Shown here: positions 1-12,423 of the stretch, in pieces | Layout: every line of letters starts with the position of its first letter | Position numbering within the stretch: the first letter of the stretch is position 1 | Translations under genes and position numbers: made by a program | The notes under the pieces: generated by a model | Told to the model about the DNA's origin: nothing | Seen by the model: only the letters and a program-made list of their open reading frames with translations | Databases searched by the model: none | Source of the DNA: Octopus vulgaris | Lineage: Eukaryota | NCBI GenBank assembly: GCA_951406725.2 | Contig: OX597836.1 | Span: 8,184,001-8,248,000, forward strand | DNA length: 64,000 nucleotides | Reading direction: 5' to 3'

Positions 1-64
1 AGATAGATACATGTGTGTGTGCATATGTTCATACATATAAACACACACACACACACACATATAT

Positions 65-133
65 ATAGAGCAGTTGTATACTGTCAACTTCATGGGTCTG
101 TCACGTTAAGTTGACAGTATACAACTGCTCTAT
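65..133. repeat. Perfect 26-bp inverted repeat with 17-nt loop (copy 1)
   Basis: atagagcagttgtatactgtcaactt (65-90) is the exact reverse complement of aagttgacagtatacaactgctctat (108-133). Confidence 0.95.
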
Positions 134-178
134 CGTACCACCACTGCTTATATCTCTTTCAGATATTTAGAAACGTAA

Positions 179-219
<41 letters not shown>

Positions 220-788
220 CATAACTGTACACACGCGTGTATGCATGTGAATGTAAGCTAGACATAAGGAGAGAAGAAATAAAGAGAAGTGCAGGAGTGA
301 CCTGAAAGACACTTTTTAAGAAATTATTTAATTTTCTTTCACATTTTTCAACGAATTTAATAAGATATTCTCCGTTCACTTCAAACTTGATGTCTTCGCG
401 AACAGAACAGAAATTCTCATCTCCAAATATCAACACCAAAGACTGATAAGCGATTGAACAATACCAGTTTTGTCTTTAGAAATCTGTCTTTTCTTACTTT
501 ATGATAGATGACTGGCTAATTACAGTTTTATAAAGATGTAATGAGTATTTTTTAATGAAGTTAATAGGGAACTTTACCTTCAATGCTGACATGAGACGTC
601 TCCTTCGTTGAGAATGCAGGAACCAACTGATATGACTCAAAGACGATGGTTTAGCTTAGAAAGTTATCGTCTGCTAAAACTGGAAGAAAGGAAGATTCGG
701 TTGTTTCCGGATAATTCCGCTTTGAACTCCGTTTGTGAAATAACTGTGAGTGAGTGAGTGAGTGTGTGGGTATGTGTGTGTGTGAGAT

Positions 789-832
<44 letters not shown>

Positions 833-1109
833 AGAGAGGTAGAGAGAGATAGAAGATAGAGAGAGAGAAAAAGAGTCTCTGTGTTAGAGAGAGAGTAAGA
901 GAGAAGAGAAAGAGAGAAGAGGGAGAGAAAGAGAGAAGAGGGAGAGAAAGAGAGAAGAAAGGAGTCTCTGTGTTAGAGAGAGAGAGTAAGAGAGAAAGAG
1001 AAAGAGAAGAGAGAGAGAGAGGGACAGAGAGAGAAAGAGTGAAAGAGAGGGATATAAAAACACCTTCTCCCATCGAACAACCGGTCTAAATTGTAGCCTC
1101 AATAAAATG

Positions 1110-1560
1110 AAGCATTAAATTGTTAAACACCAACCGAAGCTAGAATGGTGGAAGCGCAGAGAGTTCCAAAGAATTTAAGAATTCAACGAAATATTTGACA
1201 GCCTCTGCAGGATCTGGAACTAAATCTATAGATATATATGGTTTTACATACCTGTATATTTCCAGAAATACGATACAATAACTTACTATTTATGTTATTG
1301 ACAGTGGTATTTTTCAATGCAAGTCTAGCCCTTTCACGTAAATACTTGTGATTTTGCTGGTGGTTCTGAAAATTTGGAAACACTCTTGCTAATAAGTTCA
1401 TCGAATGATGAAACTGATGTACAAATAAAAGATGTATCTAAATGGTCATCTTTATCAAGGAGTGCTTTACTTTCTCCGTGTTCCAGTAAATTCTGAGTGA
1501 TTTCTTTAGCAAAATAATTGCCCGAAAACAATTCGGCTCTCATATTCTTAGTTAGGCTTA
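1110..1560 (-). pseudogene. Helitron RepHel PIF1-like helicase fragment, frameshifted
   Basis: Minus-strand peptides SLTKNMRAELF..LLEHGE..FDELISK / VFPNFQ..YLRERARLALKNTTVNNINSKLL..ISG / VEFLNSL resemble the Helitron helicase motifs LxxNMR, ERAILAPxNxxVxxIN and PxEFLNSL. Confidence 0.8.
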
Positions 1561-1817
1561 TACATACATACATACATACATACATACATACATACATACA
1601 TACATACATACATACATACATACATACATACATACATAATACATACATACATATATACATAAGCATATATATATGCATATAAGCATATATGCACAAACAC
1701 TTATAGATAGATAGATAGATAGATACGTATGATAGTTATATATATATATATCGATGTGTGTGTGTGTGTGCATATGTTCATACATATAAACATACACACA
1801 CTCACACACACACATAT

Positions 1818-1884
1818 ATAGAGCAGTTGTATACTGTCAACTTCATGGGACTCACGTTAAGTTGACAGTATACAATTGCTCTAT
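1818..1884. repeat. 26-bp stem hairpin (copy 2; one G.T pair, 15-nt loop)
   Basis: Same arms as 65-133 except tacaattgctc; loop catgggactcacgtt. Confidence 0.9.
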
Positions 1885-2760
1885 CGTACCACCACTGCTT
1901 GTATCTCTTTCAGGTATTTAGAAATGTAATATTTATATATATATATACATACACACATACATGTATGTATATATATATATATAGCAAACTGTACCCACGC
2001 GTGTATGCATGTGAATGTAAGCTAGACATAAGGAGAGAAGAAATATAGAGAAGTCCAGGAGTGACCTGAAAGACACTTTTTAAGAAATAATTTAATTTTC
2101 TTTCACATTTTTCAACGAATTTAATAAGATATTCTACGTTCACTTCAAACTTGATGTCTTCGCGAACAGAACAGAAATTCTCATCTCCAAATATCAACAC
2201 CAAAGACTGATAAGCGATTGAACAATACCAGTTTCCTCTTTAGAAAGCGGTCTTGGTACTTGTCAATTGTCGTGGTCCCGGTTTTGCACACGCGAATTCG
2301 CGCGCGCGCGCGTCAGACGTAGGTACTCGATACTCGAGATCCTACGAGGTGACTTGCGCATGCGCAGTGCAGAATTCGCGCGTGCGCGTTAAACCCCCCC
2401 CCCCTAAAAAAAAAGGTGTTGGATTTCACTAAAAATATATATGTGTGCGTGTGTGTGTGTGTGTGTATATATATAACATTTTCAATTTTACACAAAAAAA
2501 TTACATAGTCGCTTTCCTCGCGGATTTACAGAGAAATGAATTAATTACTATTTTACAGAATAAAATTAATGAATTAATTATATAAATTAAATAATTCTTG
2601 AAAATTAATTAATATTAATAATATTTTTTGAACAAAGTAAATAATTTATAAAACTTGGTTAATAATTTTTTTTACACAAACGCGAACGTATATAATTTGT
2701 GAAACTTTTTTTTTTTTACAGACGTATATAATTTGGTAAACTTAATGAATTAATTTCTTC

Positions 2761-3185
2761 TCATCATCATCATCGTTTAACGTCCGTTCTCCATGCCAGC
2801 ATGGGTTGGACGGTTCGACCGGGGATCTGGGAAGCCAGAAGGCTGCACCAGACTCCAGTCTTATCTGGCAATGTTTCTACAGCTGGATGCCCTTCCTAAC
2901 GCCAACCACTCCGAGAGTGTAGTGGGTGCTTTTTACATGCCACCCGCACAGGTGCCAGGCGAGGCTGGCAACGGCCACGGTCGGATTGGTGCCAGTCGAG
3001 GCGGCTCTGGCATCGGCCACGATTCGGATAGTGCTTTTTACGTACCACCAGTCCAGGGGTCCTGGCATTTGCCGGGTGCCACACTTGCCCCAACATGTCT
3101 TCGCAAGCAAAGGGGGTTGGCATGGGTGCCTGTCGTGGGATGAGGTTCGATATCAACTTCGCTTGCCTCAACAGGTCTTTGTGTA
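2761..3185 (-). mobile_element. GC-rich SINE/LINE-tail-like retroposon with (GAT)n tail inside the left arm
   Basis: On the minus strand it ends ...ccgtccaacccatgctggcatggagaacggacgttaaacgatgatgatgatga. Sharp GC contrast with the AT-rich arm. Confidence 0.7.
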
Positions 3186-4251
3186 TAAATGTATAAATTT
3201 TTCGCACTAAATTCTTTCCGTAGAATTTATCAAAAAACGCGCAAAATTATTCCGTAGACTTTATCAAATTAAAAAACGCAAAATTAATATATTTTTTGAA
3301 ATTGCAAATTATTTAGAATATAAAACAAATTAAGTTAAATTTTAAAAATAAATGTCATATACTTATACTCTGTAAGGTGCTGTGTTCACACTTCAATTTA
3401 CTATTTTCTAGAAATGTTGCTTTTCTAATTGAAACAATTTTTCTCAATCTCCATTTAAAAGTCCATAATGCCTCTTGAGCCATATCAAAATGAACAACTT
3501 TGAATTACCCGGTGGTGGTGGTGGTGGTGGTGTGAGGTTCTAATTTTTTTTCTGATCTCTCTTTGCCCCCTCTTTATCTCAGTTGTTCATTCAGCTAATA
3601 TTTAGAAAAATTTTCGCGCCCAATTTTTGTTGTCGCGGGAAAAGATGAACGATTTAAAATAAATATATCTTAATTGTAGTGTGAGAAAGTATATATATTC
3701 TGATGACAAAATATATTATCTTTCAAAAACATCCCAAATTTATAGACTATATCGTGTAGGTTTAAGAAATATATATATATATATATATATATAGATATAT
3801 ATATATATACATATATAGTAGAGAATGAAACATCTTTCATCTGTCTCCCCACCACACCTCCATCTAGGGGGGGGGGCAAAGAGAGATCAGAAAAAAAATT
3901 AGAACCTCACACCACCACCACCACCGGGTAATTCAAAGTTGTTCATTTTGATATGGCTCAAGAGGCATTATGGACTTTTAAATGGAGATTGAGAAAAATT
4001 GTTTCAATTAGAAAAGCAACATTTCTAGAAAATAGTAAATTGAAGTGTGAACACAGCACCTTACAGAGTATAAGTATATGACATTTATTTTTAAAATTTA
4101 ACTTAATTTGTTTTATATTCTAAATAATTTGCAATTTCAAAAAATATATTAATTTTGCGTTTTTTAATTTGATAAAGTCTACGGAATAATTTTGCGCGTT
4201 TTTTGATAAATTCTACGGAAAGAATTTAGTGCGAAAAATTTATACATTTAT

Positions 4252-4675
4252 ACACAAAGACCTGTTGAGGCAAGCGAAGTTGATATCGAACCTCATCCCA
4301 CGACAGGCACCCATGCCAACCCCCTTTGCTTGCGAAGACATGTTGGGGCAAGTGTGGCACCCGGCAAATGCCAGGACCCCTGGACTGGTGGTACGTAAAA
4401 AGCACTATCCGAATCGTGGCCGATGCCAGAGCCGCCTCGACTGGCACCAATCCGACCGTGGCCGTTGCCAGCCTCGCCTGGCACCTGTGCGGGTGGCATG
4501 TAAAAAGCACCCACTACACTCTCGGAGTGGTTGGCGTTAGGAAGGGCATCCAGCTGTAGAAACATTGCCAGATAAGACTGGAGTCTGGTGCAGCCTTCTG
4601 GCTTCCCAGATCCCCGGTCGAACCGTCCAACCCATGCTGGCATGGAGAACGGACGTTAAACGATGATGATGATGA
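4252..4675 (+). mobile_element. Mirror copy of the same retroposon inside the right arm
   Basis: Reverse complement of 2761-3185; yields identical mirrored ORFs (2793-3143 vs 4293-4643). Confidence 0.7.
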
Positions 4676-4960
4676 GAAGAAATTAATTCATTAAGTTTAC
4701 CAAATTATATACGTCTGTAAAAAAAAAAAAGTTTCACAAATTATATACGTTCGCGTTTGTGTAAAGAAAATTATTAACCAAGTTTTATAAATTATTTACT
4801 TTGTTCAAAAAATATTATTAATATTAATTAATTTTCAAGAATTATTTAATTTATATAATTAATTCATTAATTTTATTCTGTAAAATAGTAATTAATTCAT
4901 TTCTCTGTAAATCCGCGAGGAAAGCGACTATGTAATTTTTTTGTGTAAAATTGAAAATGT

Positions 4961-5001
<41 letters not shown>

Positions 5002-5749
5002 TTTTAGTGAAATCCAACACCTTTTTTTTTAGGGGGGGGTTTAACGCGCACGCGCGAATTCTGCACGGCGCATGCGCAAGTCACCTCGTAGGATCTCGAG
5101 TATCGAGTACCTACGTCTGACGCGCGCGCGCGCGCGAATTCGCGTGTGGAAAACCGGGACCACGACAATTGACAAGTACCGCGGTCTTTTCTTACTTTAT
5201 GATAGATGACTGGCTAATTACAGTTTTATAAAGATGTAATGAGTATTTTTTAATGAAGTTAATAAGGAACTTTACCTTCAATGCTGACATGAGACGTCTC
5301 CTTCGTTGAGAATGCAGGAACCAACTGATATGACTCAAAGACGATGGTTTAGCTTAGAAAGTTATCGTCTGCTAAAACTGGAAGAAAGGAAGATTCGGTT
5401 GTTTCCGGATAATTCCGGTTTGAATTTCGTTTGTGAAATAACTGTGAGTGAGTGTGTGGGTATGTGTGTGTGTGAGAGAGAGAGAGAAGAGAGCGAGATA
5501 GAAGAGAGGGAGAGAGAGATAGAATATATATATAGAGAAAAGAAGTCTCTGTGTTAGAGACAGAGTAAGAGAAAAGAGAGAGAGAAGGGAGATAGAGAAA
5601 GAGAGAGGAAAGGAGTATCTGTGTTATAGAGAGAGTAAGAGAGAAAGAGAGAGAGAAGGAAGGGAGAGGGAGAGAGAGAGAAAGAGTGAAAGAGAGGGAT
5701 ATAAAAACATCTTCTCCCATAGAACAACCGGTCTAAATTGTAGCCTCAA

Positions 5750-6183
5750 TAATATAAAGCATTAAATTGTTAAACACCAACCGAAGCTAGAATGGTGGAA
5801 GCGCAGAGAGTTCCAAAGAATTTAAGAATTCAACGAATTATTTTGACAGCCTCTGCAGGATCTGGAACTAAATCTATAGATATATATGGTTTTACATACC
5901 TGTATATTTCCTGAAATACGATACAATAACTTACTATTTATGTTATTGACAGCCCTTTCACGTAAATACTTGTGATTTTGCTGGTGGTTCTGAAAATTTG
6001 GAAACACTCTTGCTAATAAGTTCATCGAATGATGAAACTGATGTACAAATAAGAGATGTATCTAAATGGTCATCTTTATCAAGGAGTGCTTTACCTTCTC
6101 CGTGTTCCAGTAAATTCTGAGTGATTTCTTTAGCAAAATAATTGCCCCAAAACAATTCGGCTCTCATATTCTTACTTAGGCTT
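5750..6183 (-). pseudogene. Helitron helicase fragment, second tandem copy
   Basis: SLSKNMRAELF..LLEHGEGK..FDELISK / VFPNF..LRERAVNNINSKLL; carries a 27-bp deletion relative to the 1110-1560 copy. Confidence 0.8.
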
Positions 6184-6366
6184 ATACATACATATATACA
6201 TACATACATACATACATACATACATACATACATACACACACGCACATATATACGTACATACACACACACATACATACAAGCATGCATGCATACATACATA
6301 CATACATACATACATACATACATACATACATACATACATACATACATACAAGCATGCATGCATACA

Positions 6367-6397
<31 letters not shown>

Positions 6398-6568
6398 GCA
6401 CACATATATACATAAGCATATTTATATGCATACAAGTATATATGCACAAACACTTATAGATAGATAGATTGATAGATAGATACGTATGATAGTTATATAT
6501 ATATATATCGATGTGTGTGTGTGTGCATATGTTCATACATATAAATATACACACACACACACATATAT

Positions 6569-6637
6569 ATAGAGCAGTTGTATACTGTCAACTTCATGGG
6601 ATTGTCACGTTAAGTTGACAGTATACAACTGCTCTAT
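6569..6637. repeat. 26-bp stem hairpin (copy 3)
   Basis: Perfect arms 6569-6594 / 6612-6637; loop catgggattgtcacgtt. Confidence 0.92.
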
Positions 6638-8132
6638 CGTACCACCACTGCTTATATCTCTTTCAGGTATTTAGAAATGTAATATTTATATATATATATA
6701 TACATACACACATACATGTATGTATATATATATATATAGCAAACTATACACACGCGTGTATGCATGTGAATGTAAGCTAGACATAAGGAGAGAAGAAATA
6801 TAGAGAAGTGCAGGAGTGACCTGAAAGACACTTTTTAAGAAATAATTTAATTTTCTTTCACATTTTTCAACGAATTTAATAAGATATTCTACGTTCACTT
6901 CAAACTTGATGTCTTCGCGAACAGAAGAGAAATTCTCATCTCCAAATATCAACACCAAAGACTGATAAGCGATTGAACAATACCAGTTTCCTCTTTAGAA
7001 AGCGGTCTTTTCTTACTTTATGATAGATGACTGGCTAATTACAGTTTTATAAAGATGTAATGAGTATTTTTTAATGAAGTTAATAAGGAACTTTACCTTC
7101 AATGCTGACATGAGACGTCTCCTTCGTTGAGAATGCAGGAACCAACTGATACGACTCAAAGACGATGGTTTAGCTTAGAAAGTTATCGTCTGCTAAAACT
7201 GGAAGAAAGGAAGATTCGGTTGTTTCCGGATAATTCCGGTTTGAATTTCGTTTGTGAAATAACTGTGAGTGAGTGAGTGAGTGAGTGTGTGGGTATGTGT
7301 GTGTGAGAGAGAGGGAGAGGGAGTAGAAAGAGTAAGAGAGCGAAAGAAAGAAAGAGACAGAGAGAGAGAGTGACCGGGAAGATGGCAGGTGTGAGAAGAT
7401 ACAGTAAGAGGAGTCGAAAAGAGGATAAAAGAAAGTGATGTAAAAGATAGGGAGTGAGAGAGAGAGGGGGAAGAAAGAGAGAGAGAGATAGAGGTAACGA
7501 GAGAGAGAGAGAGAGCGATAGACGGGTGTGAAAGAGTGATAGTGTGAGAACATTGTAAGAAGGGGTTGTAAAAAGGAAAACAGAAAGGAATATGAAAGAT
7601 AGGGAGTGAGGGAGAGAGAGAATAAGGGACAGAGAAAAGAGAGAGAAAAAGAAGTAAATACAGAAAGTGTTTAACTTATTTGTCAATGTATATTTTTTCA
7701 TGGGTATGCCCGTTACTTTCATAGATTTGTATATTTGTTTTATGTCACAGATGTATTAAAATGTTATTGTTGTTGTTTAAAATATTCAAGCTATAGATAA
7801 ACTGTCTTAACTTTTCATCTCATCCAGTGTGACCCTCCGTTTTTAAAATGGCAATGAGTGACATTGGGATGTGAGTATATGTGTGTGTGTATGTCTGTGT
7901 CTGTGTGCGTATGCGTGTATGTATGTGTATATGTGCGCGCGAGTGTGTGTATGTGATTGTGAGAGGGACAATATATATATATGTATGCAGCACGGAATTT
8001 TGTCAGTGAACAGGTCGCGGTCTCAAAGCGACGAAAATATTTTGACAAATTAAATTTAAACGTTGAAGTGAATCTAACGGTTTTTGTGTGTTTCTTAAAT
8101 GGCTTATAAACACCTTCCACGCTGCAATTGTT

Positions 8133-8194
<62 letters not shown>

Positions 8195-8202
<8 letters not shown>

Positions 8203-8410
8203 TGGGTTTGTCTCCCACCACCGTTTGACAGCCGCTGTTGGTGTCTTTCCATCACTGTAACTTTGCGTTTCGGCAACAGAAACCCATAGAATAATTACCA
8301 GATTTTACAAAAAGAAAAAAAAATGGTGGAGGTGATTCGTCCAACTGAAATTCTGCCAGGCTGTGCCCCAGCATGGCTGCAGTCTAATGACTGAAAAATG
8401 TAAAAGAGAA
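8195..8410 (+). mobile_element. SINE family A, 3' part
   Basis: Ends gtgccccagcatggctgcagtctaatgactgaaaaatgtaaaagag, matching the tail of the full copy at 21636-22050. Confidence 0.75.
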
Positions 8411-8451
8411 AAGATAGATACACATTCATTCAAAAACATAGACACACATAG

Positions 8452-8507
<56 letters not shown>

Positions 8508-8914
8508 ACACACACACACATATGTTAGTGATCATTTATTACAATTTCATCGTGGTCGTTGAGTGGATGCGCGTACGTGTGTGAATGTGGCATGTATGTA
8601 TGTATGTATGTATGTGTGTATGTATGTATGTACGTACGTATGTATTTATGTATGTATGTATGTATGTGTAGGAGAGAGGGAGAGAGGGAGAGAGGAGATG
8701 AGGAAGGAGAGAGAAGTGGAAGGAAGGAGATATGGGCAAGGATAAGTTATGAAAGCGTGCGTGGATATGTGCATGTTGCGTTGTTCTGTGTCGTGGACAG
8801 AAAAGAACGTGTCTCTCTGGATGACATCTGTGGTAAAGTCACAAACCTTATCCCCACTTAGCTACATCAACTTCAAACTAACACACACACACACACACAC
8901 GTATGTATGTATTA

Positions 8915-8971
<57 letters not shown>

Positions 8972-9221
8972 ATGAATCTATGCATATATATATGTATATT
9001 TATGTATACATATATGTGTATTGGTATACGTATATATATATATATATACATATACGTATACCAATACACATATATGAGTATATCCACTGACAGCTTCTCG
9101 GTGCGTTCTAAAATCACATAACCCCCATATATATATACGTATATGTATGTATACATAGATGTGTAAGTATGTATGTATACATATATATTTATAGTTCAGA
9201 TTTACAGAGAACAAAAGACAG

Positions 9222-9283
<62 letters not shown>

Positions 9284-9284
9284 T

Positions 9285-9770
9285 CGTAAATAATACAATC
9301 TAAAGAAGAAACAAAAATTAATGACATACATTAATACAACAAATGCATTAAGACATTCAGAACAGAAGAATAATTTTATAATAAAAATAAGAAATATATG
9401 AAATAAGAATAGACATGAAAATATAAGCAAAAAGAAATTCGATATGTGGAGTGATAATAGCTAATATGTGAAGACCTTATTAAATATTAAAAAATTATAA
9501 ATTAGAATCAAAAATTGTAAATTAAAAGTTAGATTGACGACAACGAGAAACCTTAATAAGGAATTTAAACATCAGAGAAATATATTTGTTTTAAGAGTTC
9601 TAAAAAATATATATAACGGATTATAACAGGTATGAGGTAATTCTACGGCCGTTCCAGACGTCGTTTTGTCATGGTAAGGTGTGAATCTTATAATTCACGT
9701 ATGGACAATGTCACCTTCATCAGGAAAATAGAGACCAAGGTTCTAAAGAAGATATAGAGTAAGGAAATTT
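9285..9770 (-). mobile_element. Penelope-like element terminal remnant with hammerhead-like motif (9644-9723)
   Basis: Minus strand: cCTGATGAagg...gtctGGAACGGCCGTA, a PLE-type hammerhead layout with a palindromic stem III; flanked by (TA)n/(CA)n. Confidence 0.5.
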
Positions 9771-11125
9771 ATATATATATATATATGTATATATAGGTTC
9801 AGCAAAAATTTAGATTCGAATGAATATGGTACTTAATTTAGATGCACCAGAATTTTGTATGGTGTTATCCATAAAAATTTGCGGGGTGATTATAATCAAA
9901 ATAAGCAACAAGAATGACTCCGGTAATTTGGTACAATTGTTTCGCACTACATCATTTTATTAAAAGTTGTAAATAGACAGAGAGAGAGAGAGAGAGAGAT
10001 AGAAACATACATACACACACACATAAATGTTTTATCGTATCTTTAATTTTTTTCTATATGGTATGATTTAAGTATATCATTGTTGAATTGCCACATGGTG
10101 GTTCATCTCCAATTTATATACATGTACTATATATATATATATATATATCACTGTACTTATTCCACGTCCTCGCGTTGCTTTTTTTCCTGTTTGTTCATCT
10201 TTGGATTGACTATATATATATATATATATATATATCAACAATTGAGGGTAAAATTAATTAATTAATCAATTTCACCAAGTGTTCAGTATATATATATATG
10301 CATAGATATATATATATACATATATATATATATACATGCATGCATAAATACGTACACAACACGCGCGCACACACATACACAAGCAGAGCTAGATGGCCCA
10401 GAGTATATTTGAAAGTCGTGACCACTTACAGCTGAGTAGACTGTGTCATGTTGAGATTTAAGAGGGTTAACCTTTGACACCACAACTGAGCCCTTGTGGC
10501 ATCTATTTATAGTTGGATGAACTCAGCCATTTCCCTGTTAAGTTTCCTAATCATGATTTTAATACACTGCAATGCAGAATGCAGGATTCGATCCATCAAC
10601 CTCTCGACCCGTACTCCGTCGCTCTACCTCATCCAGACGCACGTCCATCCATCTTGATAATTACCTTTTATGGGAAATAATGGAAACTTGTCAAATTTAT
10701 TCTGGAAACCTCGAACCAAACCACAAATAAACAAATAAATAAAAATAAGAAAAGTTAAAATTGATAGAAGGTGTGATCAATGTAAGAGATCGATAATCGA
10801 CTGATTAACTTGACCTCACCTTATTGAGAAGGAAGAGGGAGAGGAAGAGCTAAAGTGACAGTGAAAGAAGGGAAGAGAGAGAGAGGGGGAGGTTGATGGA
10901 TAGGCAAAGAGAGGATGATGGGGAGAGAGAAAGAGAGAGAGAGAGGGAGGATGGTTAGTGGAAGGAGAGAGATGGGAGGGAGGGAGGGAGGTAATAGGTG
11001 AATATCAAATCAGAAAGGTAAATTATCGAAAAATGGTGAGACGGTTCATATCGATGATTTATGGTTGAACACTATACAATGTTGGCTATTGTTGAGAGAA
11101 GGGAAGAGAGAGAGAGAGGAGCGAC

Positions 11126-11353
11126 AGACATATATATATAGAGAGAAGGGGTAGACGTATAGAGAGAGGGGGCAGATATATATATATATACAGAGGGGGA
11201 GAGAGGGGGAGAGGAACAGACATATATATAGAGAGAAGGGGTAGACGTATAGAGAGAGGGGGCAGATATATATATATACAGAGGGGGAGAGAGGGGGAGA
11301 GGAACAGACATATATATAGAGAGAAGGGGTAGACGTATAGAGAGAGGGGGCAG

Positions 11354-11356
<3 letters not shown>
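11126..11356. repeat. ~90-bp purine-rich minisatellite, about 2.5-3 copies
   Basis: cagacatatatatagagagaaggggtagacgtatagagagagggggcagata recurs near 11126, 11217 and 11305. Confidence 0.9.
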
Positions 11357-11384
<28 letters not shown>

Positions 11385-11595
11385 GAGAGGGGGAGAGAGA
11401 AGGGAGACAGAAGGGAGAGAAGAAATTGAAGGGAGAGAGATGGGCAGGGGGAGGAGGAGAGAGAGAGAGAAAGAGAGGAGAGAAAAAAGTGACAGGTGGA
11501 GAGGGAGAGCGGGGGTGTGAGGGTAAAGAGGGGGAGAGAGTGGCAAAGAGAAGGAAGGAGTGAGGGAGAGAGCCGACTGAATGGGTGTAAGAAGG

Positions 11596-11628
<33 letters not shown>

Positions 11629-12052
11629 CAAAAGACAGCGAGAGTGTGGGAGGGAGAGGTGCAACAGAGTGACAGAAACAGAGGCAGACAGACATGTAGA
11701 CAGGCAGACTGACAGGCAGACAGACTGGCAGACAAACTGGCAGACAGACTGGCAGATAGGCAGACAGGCTGGTTTAAAGAGACGGAATGGATACGAGGAC
11801 AAGAATAAAAGCAACACTGGCAACAATAACAAGAAGAGGTATAACAACAACAACAATAGCAACAACAGCAACAGCAAGGGCAAGGGCACGAGCAACGATA
11901 GCCAGGGAACGTCATTAACAACAACAACAACAATCACAATAACGAAGACAACAATAGCAACAACATTAATGACGAAGGCAATTGTAAATACAAAACGTAA
12001 CAACAGCGACAAACAAAACGAATAAACAAACACCAACAGCTACAAAATCAAC

Positions 12053-12359
<307 letters not shown>

Positions 12360-12423
12360 CCATCATCATCATCGTTATCAGCATGAACATTACAGTCGTC
12401 GTCAACAATAACTATGTCAGACA

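Larger units (their letters stand above)
2255..5180. mobile_element. Non-autonomous foldback DNA transposon, ~1.3 kb inverted arms, 8-bp TSD GCGGTCTT, Merlin-like GGTAC termini
   Basis: Left arm 2255-3570 and right arm 3872-5180 are reverse complements (ggtacttgtcaattgtcgtggtcccgg ... ccgggaccacgacaattgacaagtacc). gcggtctt is duplicated at 2247-2254 and 5181-5188. The uninterrupted site tagaaagcggtcttttcttac is present in the next tandem unit near 6996-7016. No transposase ORF. Confidence 0.92.
1..7300. repeat. Tandem array of a ~1.75-1.8 kb unit (about 2.4 copies visible, may continue left of the window) containing a Helitron helicase fragment
   Basis: The same blocks recur: hairpin at 65/1818/6569, near-identical 'MVLIFGDENF' ORFs at 182-439, 1910-2203 and 6686-6958, and 'catgagacgtctccttcgttgagaatgcagg' near 591/5288/7109. 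Unit 2 is split by the 2255-5180 insertion. Confidence 0.95.

Noticed and set aside
2793-4643. Four pairs of identical mirrored ORFs (77-116 aa)
   Set aside because: By-product of the GC-rich retroposon duplicated in the inverted arms; no recognisable domain.
2255-5180. Possibility that the large palindrome is an assembly artefact
   Set aside because: An exact 8-bp TSD, an intact empty site in the adjacent unit, a unique spacer and small arm differences all favour a real insertion.
11126-11356. Regularly spaced repeats resembling a CRISPR array
   Set aside because: No unique spacers, eukaryotic context and no cas genes; it is a minisatellite.
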